Shown piece by piece: positions 25,546-33,284 of a stretch of DNA of 33,284 bases. Source of the stretch: a virus (taxonomy: Duplodnaviria; Caudoviricetes); the IMG/VR virus record IMGVR_UViG_3300025277_000072, positions 1-33,284 of that record, one strand, 5' to 3'. The translations under genes were made by a program, and so were the position numbers. The notes beneath the pieces were generated by a model that saw only the letters and a program-made list of their open reading frames with translations, was not told the origin of the DNA and ran no database searches. The number at the start of each line of letters is the position of its first letter. Positions within the stretch are counted from its first letter, which is position 1.

Positions 25546-26409
25546 ATGGCACAAACAGCAACTACGGGAAATCTGGAAAATGCGCAGCGCATTATCATAG
25601 CGGCGGCGAAATACACCGAGGAACACAACGCTCCGGCAATGGCTCTCATTGAGTCGTTCAACCTCCCGCGTGGGGCGAAACAAGTGACCGTGCCCAAAGT
25701 AGGGCAGATGACCATGAGCGACCTCACGGACGGTCAGGACATCATAGACGAAGAGGATATTGGCATGACCACGGTGGACCTTACGGCCTCCGAGGTTGGC
25801 GCCAAGATTATCCTCACGGACAAGTTGGTGCGACAGTCGGCCCCCAACGTGATGACCATTGTGGGACGGCAGCTTGGGGACGGGATGGCACGAAAGAAGG
25901 ACACGGACGTTCATGCCCTTTACTCAGGGCTTAATGGCGGCACAACCCTTGGGGCAAATGACACATCAATGACCCTTGCCTTTACGGCAGCGGCCATTGC
26001 CTACGCCAAGGCCAACAAGTTCGGGACCCAGATTTACATACTTCAGCATCCTAACGCAGTCTTTGATATTGCCAACACAGCGGTGACTTCATCGCAGTAT
26101 GCAATCCCGAAGGGCTGGTCCGAGGACCTTCTGGGCAACTTCTGGAGTGGCATACGACCACTGAACAATGTCCCAATCTTTGAGGACGGGAACCTTTCCA
26201 CGTCCGCAGGCGACGATGCTGTCGGCGTTATTGCCGATAAGAGCGCACTGGCCGTGCTCAAGAGCGTTGACACCCGCACTGAGAGACAGAGGGATGCGTC
26301 CATGAGGGCAACCGAGGTCGTCCTCACGGCTGACTACGGGGTCTTCGAGCTTGACGACTCCCGTGGCGCCCCGCTCACATTTGATGCCGCTGCTCCTGCA
26401 ACGAGTTAG
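25546..26409 (+). CDS. Major capsid protein (HK97 fold)
   Basis: GAKQVTVPK, LTASEVG..IILTDKL, GRQLGDGMARKKD.D, HPN..FDI, ERQRDAS.RATEVV.TADYG..EL. Confidence 0.9.
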   Translation: MAQTATTGNLENAQRIIIAAAKYTEEHNAPAMALIESFNLPRGAKQVTVPKVGQMTMSDLTDGQDIIDEEDIGMTTVDLTASEVGAKIILTDKLVRQSAPNVMTIVGRQLGDGMARKKDTDVHALYSGLNGGTTLGANDTSMTLAFTAAAIAYAKANKFGTQIYILQHPNAVFDIANTAVTSSQYAIPKGWSEDLLGNFWSGIRPLNNVPIFEDGNLSTSAGDDAVGVIADKSALAVLKSVDTRTERQRDASMRATEVVLTADYGVFELDDSRGAPLTFDAAAPATS

Positions 26410-26411
26410 TA

Positions 26412-26825
26412 ATGGTTACATTTAAGGACAGGCGGCAGATGCGCCAGGAGCTTGTCTCGCAGGGTTTTGCCTGGGAGTACATTGACGAGTGGCAACCTAA
26501 GACAACGTTGTTTCGGCACGCGCCGGGACTGGATATGCAGGGCAACGAAGCGGCCCCCGTGGGCGCTCAAATCAAGGGCGTCCCGGGGAATCCCGATTAT
26601 GTGCTACGAAAGGCGCGGCTCGGGATGTTTCCGTACCCTCCGAGCGAGGGGTGCCAGTGTCGCTGGTGTAGCCAGAGGGCAGAGGCGAACAGGCCCGTTG
26701 AGGTTATAGAGCGAGTGGTGGACGAATATGCGTGTCCCGAAGAGGGATGCGAGTTCATTGCGAATGGAGAAGCGCATCGAGCCAAGCTCTCGTCCCTGCG
26801 TCTCCACAATCGGTACAAACATTAG
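26412..26825 (+). CDS. Zinc-binding protein with C-terminal C2H2-like finger
   Basis: CQCRWC and CPEEGC...LRLHNRYKH. Confidence 0.7.
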   Translation: MVTFKDRRQMRQELVSQGFAWEYIDEWQPKTTLFRHAPGLDMQGNEAAPVGAQIKGVPGNPDYVLRKARLGMFPYPPSEGCQCRWCSQRAEANRPVEVIERVVDEYACPEEGCEFIANGEAHRAKLSSLRLHNRYKH

Positions 26826-26836
26826 TATCTAAGTAG

Positions 26837-26925
26837 CTGTAACGATTGACCGAGGCTATTTAAGATTATCATATCGGTTGGTCGCAGGACGTAGAGCCTG
26901 CTCAAAAATAACCTTCAAGGAGGTT
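26837..26925 (+). promoter_or_regulatory. Structured intergenic leader
   Basis: Stems CGATTGACCGA/TCGGTTGGTCG, GCAGG/CCTGC and AACCT/AGGTT (the last overlaps the SD). Confidence 0.5.
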
Positions 26926-26929
26926 CGAC

Positions 26930-27694
26930 ATGGCATTCCCACTAACGGTGAATTTAGCGTATGGAATGGAGAAACGAGAGACTTCCGACCAGAGGCATAA
27001 GCTAGGCACCAGGGCAACCACTCCTGATGGCAGGGTGTTCTACTATGCTGAAGCCAGCAGTGCTGCTATTGCCCGTGGCGGCAACATAGTAAATGGAATA
27101 GCCGCTGTGGCAGCGCACGACATGGATGTAGCGGCTACGGCAGCACAGTCAGCAGGCGATACCACTATCAGCATAGAGGTGCCGACTACTGACCTAACCA
27201 AAGACCAGTACAAGGATGGTTACCTCTATTTCAATGATGGCCCTGCCGAGGGTGAGATATACAGGATTAAGTCTCATCCTGCTCACGATGCTTCAGATGA
27301 CAACACAGTCATCATCACTATTGACGAGCCAGATGGAATCGTAACGGCTCTTACAACTTCGTCGCTCTGTGGCCTGATGTATAGCCCTTACAAGGACATA
27401 TACATTGTTGATGGTAACGGCACTCCAACCACAGGCGTTGTTGGCGTAACCACTGCGCCCGTAACGGCAGATTACTTCTGCTGGGTGCAGACCTCTGGGC
27501 CTGCCGCCGTCCTCATGGGCGCGCAGGTAGGCATAGTAGGTGACGGCATCGCTAGGTCGCAGCAAGATGAAGACGGAACAGTGGAACGTAGCGACTACTC
27601 AGATGAGTCAGACCTTGTGAATCTCGGTGTCTCTATGGGCATACCTGCGGTAGCCACCGACTATCAGTGGGTGATGCTGAATATCAGGTCCTAA
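26930..27694 (+). CDS. Capsid decoration/cement-like protein
   Basis: LGTRATTPDGRVFYYA and YFCWVQTSGPAAVL motifs; follows the capsid gene; strong AAGGAGG RBS. Confidence 0.65.
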   Translation: MAFPLTVNLAYGMEKRETSDQRHKLGTRATTPDGRVFYYAEASSAAIARGGNIVNGIAAVAAHDMDVAATAAQSAGDTTISIEVPTTDLTKDQYKDGYLYFNDGPAEGEIYRIKSHPAHDASDDNTVIITIDEPDGIVTALTTSSLCGLMYSPYKDIYIVDGNGTPTTGVVGVTTAPVTADYFCWVQTSGPAAVLMGAQVGIVGDGIARSQQDEDGTVERSDYSDESDLVNLGVSMGIPAVATDYQWVMLNIRS

Positions 27695-28074
27695 TGACAG
27701 CCAGCCTACAGGAAGCAGAACTCTGGACCCCGCCTGGGGTGACCCATACCCGGGTTGCCCCGGTGGGGCGCAATGCCGAGACCGGCGGACTAATCTATGA
27801 GTACCGTTTCCGAGTCTACGATGAGGTGACGGACCGCAAGCACGAGTTTCGTTTGCTTGTGGACAACCAGACCTCCAAGGCGCACATCGAGGAGATGGTG
27901 GGCAACGCTATGGACAGCTGGCTCGTAGATGTTCGTAGGAAGCATTCTAAGCCCCCTCCTACGCCCAAGCAGCGCAAGGAGATAGGGAAGATACTGGACG
28001 AGATACGTTTATACGCGAGACAGCGTAAAGAGAGTAGCAACAATAAGCGCTACTACTCAGGAATAAAACGCTGA
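27694..28074 (+). CDS. Hypothetical protein
   Basis: Likely start ATG 27694 (TAATG coupling); 126 aa, basic C-terminus. Confidence 0.7.
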   Translation: MTASLQEAELWTPPGVTHTRVAPVGRNAETGGLIYEYRFRVYDEVTDRKHEFRLLVDNQTSKAHIEEMVGNAMDSWLVDVRRKHSKPPPTPKQRKEIGKILDEIRLYARQRKESSNNKRYYSGIKR

Positions 28075-28085
28075 AAGGACACCAA

Positions 28086-28325
28086 ATGACAAACGAACGA
28101 ACCGAAGTGCAGATAACAGAAGCAGACCTGTCCGCAATGTTGCAGCAGAAGGTCAACGCCGTCACCAACCTGGAGGTTCAGGCGACGGTGTTGCAGCGTG
28201 TCATTCAAGAGAAGGACGCGCTCATAGACCAGCTTTCAGAGCGTCTTGCGGAGAAGGAACCCTCTTCATCGTCAAAGGAGTCTACCAATGCCAAAGGTAG
28301 GAAAGAAGAAGTTCCCGTACTCTAA
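28086..28325 (+). CDS. Small coiled-coil protein
   Basis: 79 aa heptad pattern; AAAGGA RBS. Confidence 0.65.
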   Translation: MTNERTEVQITEADLSAMLQQKVNAVTNLEVQATVLQRVIQEKDALIDQLSERLAEKEPSSSSKESTNAKGRKEEVPVL

Positions 28326-28404
28326 GAGCGGCAAGAAAGCCGCTAGTGTCTATGCGAAGCGCACAGGGAGAAAGGTCAAGACTTCTAGAAAAAAGCGCTA
28401 TTAG
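28288..28404 (+). CDS. 38-aa highly basic protein (not in the ORF track)
   Basis: MPKVGKKKFPYSKSGKKAASVYAKRTGRKVKTSRKKRY with AAAGGAG RBS; resembles the short MPxVGKKKFPY peptides of aquatic phages. Confidence 0.8.
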   Translation: MPKVGKKKFPYSKSGKKAASVYAKRTGRKVKTSRKKRY

Positions 28405-28418
28405 GATAAGGTGTAGGC

Positions 28419-29687
28419 ATGGCTGTTATTCAGGGGCGAACCCGCAAGGAGATTCGCCAATCCGTAGGATATAACCTTGGCTCTGTCTATGTCAGCACGG
28501 CCACAGGTGGCAGCACCTCAACCGTAGTAGATACTAGCCTCACAACTGTTATTGGGGGCGACAACGACCACATAGGCAAGTGGATTGTGTTCACCTCGGG
28601 TGGGTTGGACGGCACTATTGCCCGGGTCACTGACTATGTGGCCTCTACGACAACGCTGACGTTCCAGCCCACGGCGGGGTCCTCCGCGTCGGGGCTGGCG
28701 TACGAGTTGTGGGACGGCGACTTCGCCCCCGCACGGGTTCACGACTTCATCAATCAGGCCGTCATAGAGGCCACAGGCAGTGCCTATGACATGGTTGAGG
28801 ATGTGAGCCTGCACACGGACGGCCACACCCTTCGCTTCGACATCCCCTCGGGCATAAGCATGATTCAGGATGTCTTCTACCGTTCTAGCGTCGAGTTCAC
28901 CCGTCTCCATGCCTGTAATACCGCGTTCGATGAGACCGTCGATTCAGACATCACTGTGTCGATAGATTCCGAGGACAAGCGGCAGGGCAATGGCAGCAAC
29001 AAGTTTGTCATAGCTGCTGGAGCCAGCGCTGGGGATATTGCGACTGATTCCATCACCAGCAAAGACATATCGAAATATGATTACCTAGAGGGATGGGTGA
29101 AGATTGCTCTCGCAGCTGGCACGTCTGCGGGAAATCTCAAGATATTGCTGGATGACACGGCCAGCTGCGCCAGTCCTCTTGAGACGTTGTCTGTGCCAGC
29201 CCTGACGAACGACACATGGACCTTCTTCCGTGTGGCCTTAGCCAATCCTGAGTTGGACACGGCCATTATATCTGTGGGCCTGGAGTACGACTCGGACCTT
29301 GGGGCCTGCACCGTCTGGTTGGATGACATATCCGTGGTGCGGAATGACTCGGCCTACTGGGCCAAGGCGCCCCGCAACCTATGGCGCATAGACAAGCAGG
29401 CACAGGACCTAGTCTTTGACGAGTACCTCGATGGCTTTGCGCCCTACACCCTCATCAAGCTCGTGGGCGGCGACAAGCCTGCGCTGCTGTCCTCCGACTC
29501 CACAACCAACGAGATAGACGACGGGTTCATTATCGAGCGCGCCACGGCTCTGGCGTTCTCGGCCAGTTCTGGGGGGCCTCTGACTGACCCTGACGCGAGG
29601 CGGCAACAGGCTGCGCTCTGGTTCGGGCTGGCTCAGGCGTCCAAGCGTAATTTCCCGATGTTGGTTAATGTACGGACGGTGAACTGA
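28419..29687 (+). CDS. Head-tail adaptor (tail tubular A-like) with inserted beta domains
   Basis: N-terminal helix TRKEIRQSVG, VHDFINQA, C-terminal FIIERATALA; internal WTFFRVAL...VWLDDI jelly-roll-like insert; precedes the nozzle. Confidence 0.6.
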   Translation: MAVIQGRTRKEIRQSVGYNLGSVYVSTATGGSTSTVVDTSLTTVIGGDNDHIGKWIVFTSGGLDGTIARVTDYVASTTTLTFQPTAGSSASGLAYELWDGDFAPARVHDFINQAVIEATGSAYDMVEDVSLHTDGHTLRFDIPSGISMIQDVFYRSSVEFTRLHACNTAFDETVDSDITVSIDSEDKRQGNGSNKFVIAAGASAGDIATDSITSKDISKYDYLEGWVKIALAAGTSAGNLKILLDDTASCASPLETLSVPALTNDTWTFFRVALANPELDTAIISVGLEYDSDLGACTVWLDDISVVRNDSAYWAKAPRNLWRIDKQAQDLVFDEYLDGFAPYTLIKLVGGDKPALLSSDSTTNEIDDGFIIERATALAFSASSGGPLTDPDARRQQAALWFGLAQASKRNFPMLVNVRTVN

Positions 29688-31648
29688 TGACCAACAAGGT
29701 ATCTTCACCGAACGAGGTCTTTCTCAAAGACACATACTATCCCTTGGCGCGACCGGTCCAGAGCGTGCTGGCGTCACTGTACCCCGCGAAGGTGGTCATT
29801 GGAGACACCACACGGGACTCGCAGATACGTTCGTCGGTGATTGCGTGGTCGGACTGGCGCGGCGGTATCGGAGTCAACCGCATGGAGGGCGCCGGAGAGA
29901 CCGATAGGGCGTGGTGGTCGGAGTGTCAACTTAGGTATCGCAACCATCTCGTTATGCCCGGGAAGCCAGAGGTTACGGCTACCGTATCCCACAGCCTGTC
30001 CAATGCGACAATAGGGGCTATTGGCGAGTTGGCTGACGAGGTCTACGTGGCCTGGAACGGGTCAACTTCTGAGAACCCCAAGCTGTTCAAGTACAACAAC
30101 ACTGGCGATTCATGGGGCAGCGCGCTGTCGCAGAGCATGACCGACCAAGTGACGGATGTTGTTAATTTCACTGCCCGTACCGGGACATCCTACCTCGTCT
30201 TCGCCCACTACGATGCCAATGATTCGGGTTACACATACTCTTCCGACGGCAGCACTTGGACTACTGACACCCAGGACACCCAATATCTCACTGTTTGGGA
30301 CGAGAGACTCTGGGGCATGTCATACGCCGGTCAGCTTTGGTATTCTTCCGTCATAGGCACAGAGGTCACCGACGCCAAGCTACCACTGCCTGACGGCTAT
30401 ATTACAGGGCTGTTCGTGGCTCGTGACGCCTCGGGAGAACCCATAATATACGCTTCCACCAAGAAGGGTCTTTGGGCGCACGACGCCATGAACTCGCGGT
30501 TTGTCGAGACCCAGCTGGGACTGCCCTTCCATCCCGATGCGGGAAAGGGCTCTACCAGATGGCGCGACTCGGTGTACATTCCCTCCGGCCTGGGCATCTA
30601 CAAGTACATCAACGGGTCTTCCCAGGCGGTCGTGACCATTACGGGACCTGACAAGGATGACGGACTGCCCTCTGACAAACGCGGGTCCATCAAGCATATG
30701 AGTTCCACTCATAACGAACTGCTTGTGGCAGTAGATGCTACCACGGCCCCTAACATTACAAGCGGAGACTCGATACCTTACCAGTGGGCATCCCACCAGG
30801 GGTCCGACGTTATAGATGCCGACACGGGGTACAGCACCATCCTCGGGTACAACGAACTGGGATGGGAGGCCAAGTGGCTGTCCTCCACAGCGGGTCGGGG
30901 CATCGACGCTATTGCCGTCAATAATGCTTACGATGACTACCGTATGTGGTGGGGGTTCAACGACAGGGTCTACTTTATGACAATGCCGTCTAACATCATT
31001 AACCCCTCGGAGATTGCCAACTTCGCCTACGCTGCGGGGAGCGCAACGCATGAGACACCGTGGTTCAACGCCGGTCAGAGCGAGGTTGATAAGCTGGCCC
31101 TGAAGGCTAAGGTGGAGGTGGACGATACGACCTCCGATGCCCTTGATGACGCTAACGACTATGTGCGTTCCGTGGCTGTTCAGTATGCTACTAACTACAG
31201 CGAATCTTACACATCGTTGGGGACCATCACGACCGACGGAACAACCACCTACACGTTTGGCTCAAACCTTGGCACGCCCTTTCGTGCGATTAAGTTCAAG
31301 CTGACGTTCACTCGCACAGCTGGCGTAAATGCGACTGACGAGAACCAACTCAAGCTGACCTCTCCAGACGTTGTCTCCACCACGCTTGAGTTCCGCAAGA
31401 AGCTAGAGGCCAAGTGGGGGCATCAAGTCCAACTGGACCTCAACAAGACCTATAAGGGGAACACTCCCCAGCAGCTACGGGCCAATCTCGTTTCGGCCAT
31501 TGAAAGCACCACCCTGGTGGAGTTCACGTTCAGGGACGACGACGGGGGCACGCGCAACTACTATGTGGACGTTGCCAGCGCCACGGGGCTTGAGAACACT
31601 GGGTATAATGAGGGCGGTTTCAGCACTATATCCGTTGTGGAGCCGTAA
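29687..31648 (+). CDS. Tail nozzle (tail tubular B-like beta-propeller)
   Basis: 653 aa, WSDWRGGIG, YSSDGSTWT Asp-box, repeated Trp/Tyr strands, ETPWF...K C-terminal domain. Confidence 0.7.
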   Translation: MTNKVSSPNEVFLKDTYYPLARPVQSVLASLYPAKVVIGDTTRDSQIRSSVIAWSDWRGGIGVNRMEGAGETDRAWWSECQLRYRNHLVMPGKPEVTATVSHSLSNATIGAIGELADEVYVAWNGSTSENPKLFKYNNTGDSWGSALSQSMTDQVTDVVNFTARTGTSYLVFAHYDANDSGYTYSSDGSTWTTDTQDTQYLTVWDERLWGMSYAGQLWYSSVIGTEVTDAKLPLPDGYITGLFVARDASGEPIIYASTKKGLWAHDAMNSRFVETQLGLPFHPDAGKGSTRWRDSVYIPSGLGIYKYINGSSQAVVTITGPDKDDGLPSDKRGSIKHMSSTHNELLVAVDATTAPNITSGDSIPYQWASHQGSDVIDADTGYSTILGYNELGWEAKWLSSTAGRGIDAIAVNNAYDDYRMWWGFNDRVYFMTMPSNIINPSEIANFAYAAGSATHETPWFNAGQSEVDKLALKAKVEVDDTTSDALDDANDYVRSVAVQYATNYSESYTSLGTITTDGTTTYTFGSNLGTPFRAIKFKLTFTRTAGVNATDENQLKLTSPDVVSTTLEFRKKLEAKWGHQVQLDLNKTYKGNTPQQLRANLVSAIESTTLVEFTFRDDDGGTRNYYVDVASATGLENTGYNEGGFSTISVVEP

Positions 31649-31941
31649 TGAAACTAACCGCTAATAGGACAAGGGTTTCTTCTGCTGGCACGGCCGTGCA
31701 GCTGAGTGATGTCACCGATAGGGTCAGCTGGATAAAGGTCAGCGCACGCACGGGCAACGGCAATGTTGTTTACTTCGGCACTTCGACCGTCTCCAGCACT
31801 GTGGGCTACGAGCTTAGCGCCAACGACAGCCTAGAACTGAACTTCGGGGAGCAGGGCGGAACGGTGCCTCTCAGCACGTTTTGGGCGGACGCCGGTGGCT
31901 CTAACCAGGACCTCGACTGGGTGGCTATAACGGGGGATTAG
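31648..31941 (+). CDS. Small beta-sandwich virion protein
   Basis: 97 aa, V..AGTAVQL...N...VYFG...V....GYEL pattern; TAATG coupling. Confidence 0.65.
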   Translation: MKLTANRTRVSSAGTAVQLSDVTDRVSWIKVSARTGNGNVVYFGTSTVSSTVGYELSANDSLELNFGEQGGTVPLSTFWADAGGSNQDLDWVAITGD

Positions 31942-31942
31942 G

Positions 31943-32338
31943 TTGACGACTGAACAGACCGCAGTATTGCCTCCCGATTGGGAGGGCAGCTTGCCAGAGT
32001 ACGTGGCCTTTGTGGAGCTCACGCGTCAGGGCAAGGTCCCGGGCATCGACTTCAGCTATCAGTCACCACTGCTGGGAGGGCGCCTTACCAAGGGCGGCGT
32101 GGTCTTGGACTTTGAGTTCACGAATCCGCCAGACCTTGCCATCAACATTCAGGGCGTCTACTATCATTATGAGTTTGGCGTTGAACAGAAGGCAATAGAC
32201 ATCATGGCTAGGGCGATGATGGCTGGGCAGGGGATTACGTTGATATTCGTCGATGAGGACGACCTTCTGCGCGACCCGCCGTACTATATTAGGGAAGCAT
32301 TGAATTACCGTGACCACTCACGTATGAGCCGGGGGTAA
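31943..32338 (+). CDS. Vsr/DUF559-like endonuclease-fold protein
   Basis: S.PE...F.YQ......G..LDF.....LAINIQGVYYH......D.......G..LIFVDE.D. Confidence 0.65.
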   Translation: MTTEQTAVLPPDWEGSLPEYVAFVELTRQGKVPGIDFSYQSPLLGGRLTKGGVVLDFEFTNPPDLAINIQGVYYHYEFGVEQKAIDIMARAMMAGQGITLIFVDEDDLLRDPPYYIREALNYRDHSRMSRG

Positions 32339-32341
32339 GGT

Positions 32342-33284
32342 ATGACCGTATACACGTCAGGATACGTTTTCCAAGATGACGGTGATGCCCTCAACGGGGC
32401 TACCGTCCAGCTATTGCAGGTTTCTGACGGCGCCGAAGAGGCATCAACCACAACGAACTCCAGCGGTTTCTGGTCGTTCAATGAGACCGATGAGGACCGT
32501 TACGATGTGAAGATAACCTCGGGCACTTCCATCCGGTTCCGTAAGTGGGCGGACGAGATAAGCCTGAAGATGGTAGATGCCAGGAACAACGAGGGCGCCG
32601 GTATTCCTGCGGCAGTCTTCACCAACCTGACCAACTCTACATCTAATCAGGTAGCCATCTTCCGAGGAGCCAACACCACCAGGGCTGACAACGACGAGAT
32701 ATACCTTTCGTTTGAACTGGCAGATAGTGGTGGGGCTCTGGACGAGTTTGCGCGGATAACGGCAGTGGCAACTGATGTCACAGCTGGGTCAGAAGATGGC
32801 GCGCTTGTCTTCTCTGTTGCAGACACAGACAGCAGTGGAGACTTGCAGGAAGCCTTCAGGATATCCTCCAGCACAGGGGGGACTGTATCTCAGACATTCA
32901 CAACTGATTCCGTCACGTTTGGGACTGGCGGGGATGAAGACGTAGTAATCAACTTCAATGCCAACACTGCCGATGGGGTCCTGACCTGGATGGAAGACGA
33001 GGACTACTTCAAGTTCTCTGATGACATCCTGATGAACAGCACTGAGCGCATCAATTTCTACGACACTGGTATTTACATCTACTCGTCAGCCGATGGTCAA
33101 CTGGACCTAGTCGCTGACACCGAGATACAGATAGCGGCCACCACCATAGATATTGATGGCGCAGTGGCGTTCAATGGCGCGCTCACGGGCATCACCAACA
33201 TCACGCTGTCAGGCACTCTTTCGGATGGGAACTACACATTCGACACAAGCGGCAATGTTAGTGGGCTAGGAACCATAGGCTCTG
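32342..33284 (+). CDS. Tail fibre protein, 3'-truncated (not in the ORF track)
   Basis: Open from ATG 32342 to the edge: MTVYTSGYVFQDDGDALNGATVQL...; DGVLTWMEDEDYFKFSDDIL...SSADGQLDLVADTEIQIAATTIDI fibre-type segment. Confidence 0.85.
   Translation, partial: MTVYTSGYVFQDDGDALNGATVQLLQVSDGAEEASTTTNSSGFWSFNETDEDRYDVKITSGTSIRFRKWADEISLKMVDARNNEGAGIPAAVFTNLTNSTSNQVAIFRGANTTRADNDEIYLSFELADSGGALDEFARITAVATDVTAGSEDGALVFSVADTDSSGDLQEAFRISSSTGGTVSQTFTTDSVTFGTGGDEDVVINFNANTADGVLTWMEDEDYFKFSDDILMNSTERINFYDTGIYIYSSADGQLDLVADTEIQIAATTIDIDGAVAFNGALTGITNITLSGTLSDGNYTFDTSGNVSGLGTIGS

Larger units (their letters stand above)
1..33284. mobile_element. Tailed bacteriophage (Caudoviricetes, podovirus-like) genome segment covering the whole window
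   Basis: TerS, TerL, portal, scaffold, capsid, adaptor, nozzle and tail fibre on +; exonuclease, helicase, RusA and many small early ORFs on -; no host housekeeping genes, no integrase seen. Confidence 0.95.

Noticed and set aside
26395-26415. Programmed frameshift or read-through extending the major capsid protein
   Set aside because: No slippery heptamer; TAG is followed immediately by in-frame TAA
13841-32874. Numerous antisense and alternate-frame ORFs in the track (e.g. 15081..15932, 22346..23074, 30380..31051)
   Set aside because: They shadow well-supported genes in GC-rich sequence and lack RBSs or recognisable motifs

Overview
This window is most of a tailed dsDNA phage genome with a podovirus-like structural module, read as if circularly permuted. 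A ~1.2 kb non-coding control region (about 11,960-13,130) separates two divergent arms. The minus-strand arm (11,749 to 1,102) holds about 19 small early genes, mostly Cys-rich, then a Xis-like HTH protein, a putative ssDNA-binding/annealing protein, a PD-(D/E)xK exonuclease, an AAA_25/RepA-like helicase and a RusA resolvase. The plus-strand arm runs holin-like protein, TerS, TerL, portal, four probable internal virion proteins, scaffold, major capsid, decoration protein, adaptor, nozzle, a Vsr/DUF559-like nuclease and a tail fibre truncated at the right edge. The plus-strand genes at 1-1,061 look like the end of the same late operon. I saw no integrase, DNA or RNA polymerase, tRNA or CRISPR array. 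The most striking unexplained signals are: (1) six copies of an 18-bp palindrome TGTACTT-N4-AAGTACA confined to the early arm, five of them just upstream of ribosome-binding sites; (2) an apparent in-frame swap of two segments in a GP88-like radical-SAM-type gene, bounded by micro-repeats; (3) a TerL with non-canonical Walker motifs and Lys in place of the last nuclease Asp; (4) a control region made of a 16-bp iteron-like array, a C-depleted G-tract and stacked AT-rich hairpins. All family assignments come from motif recognition by eye, not from database searches.
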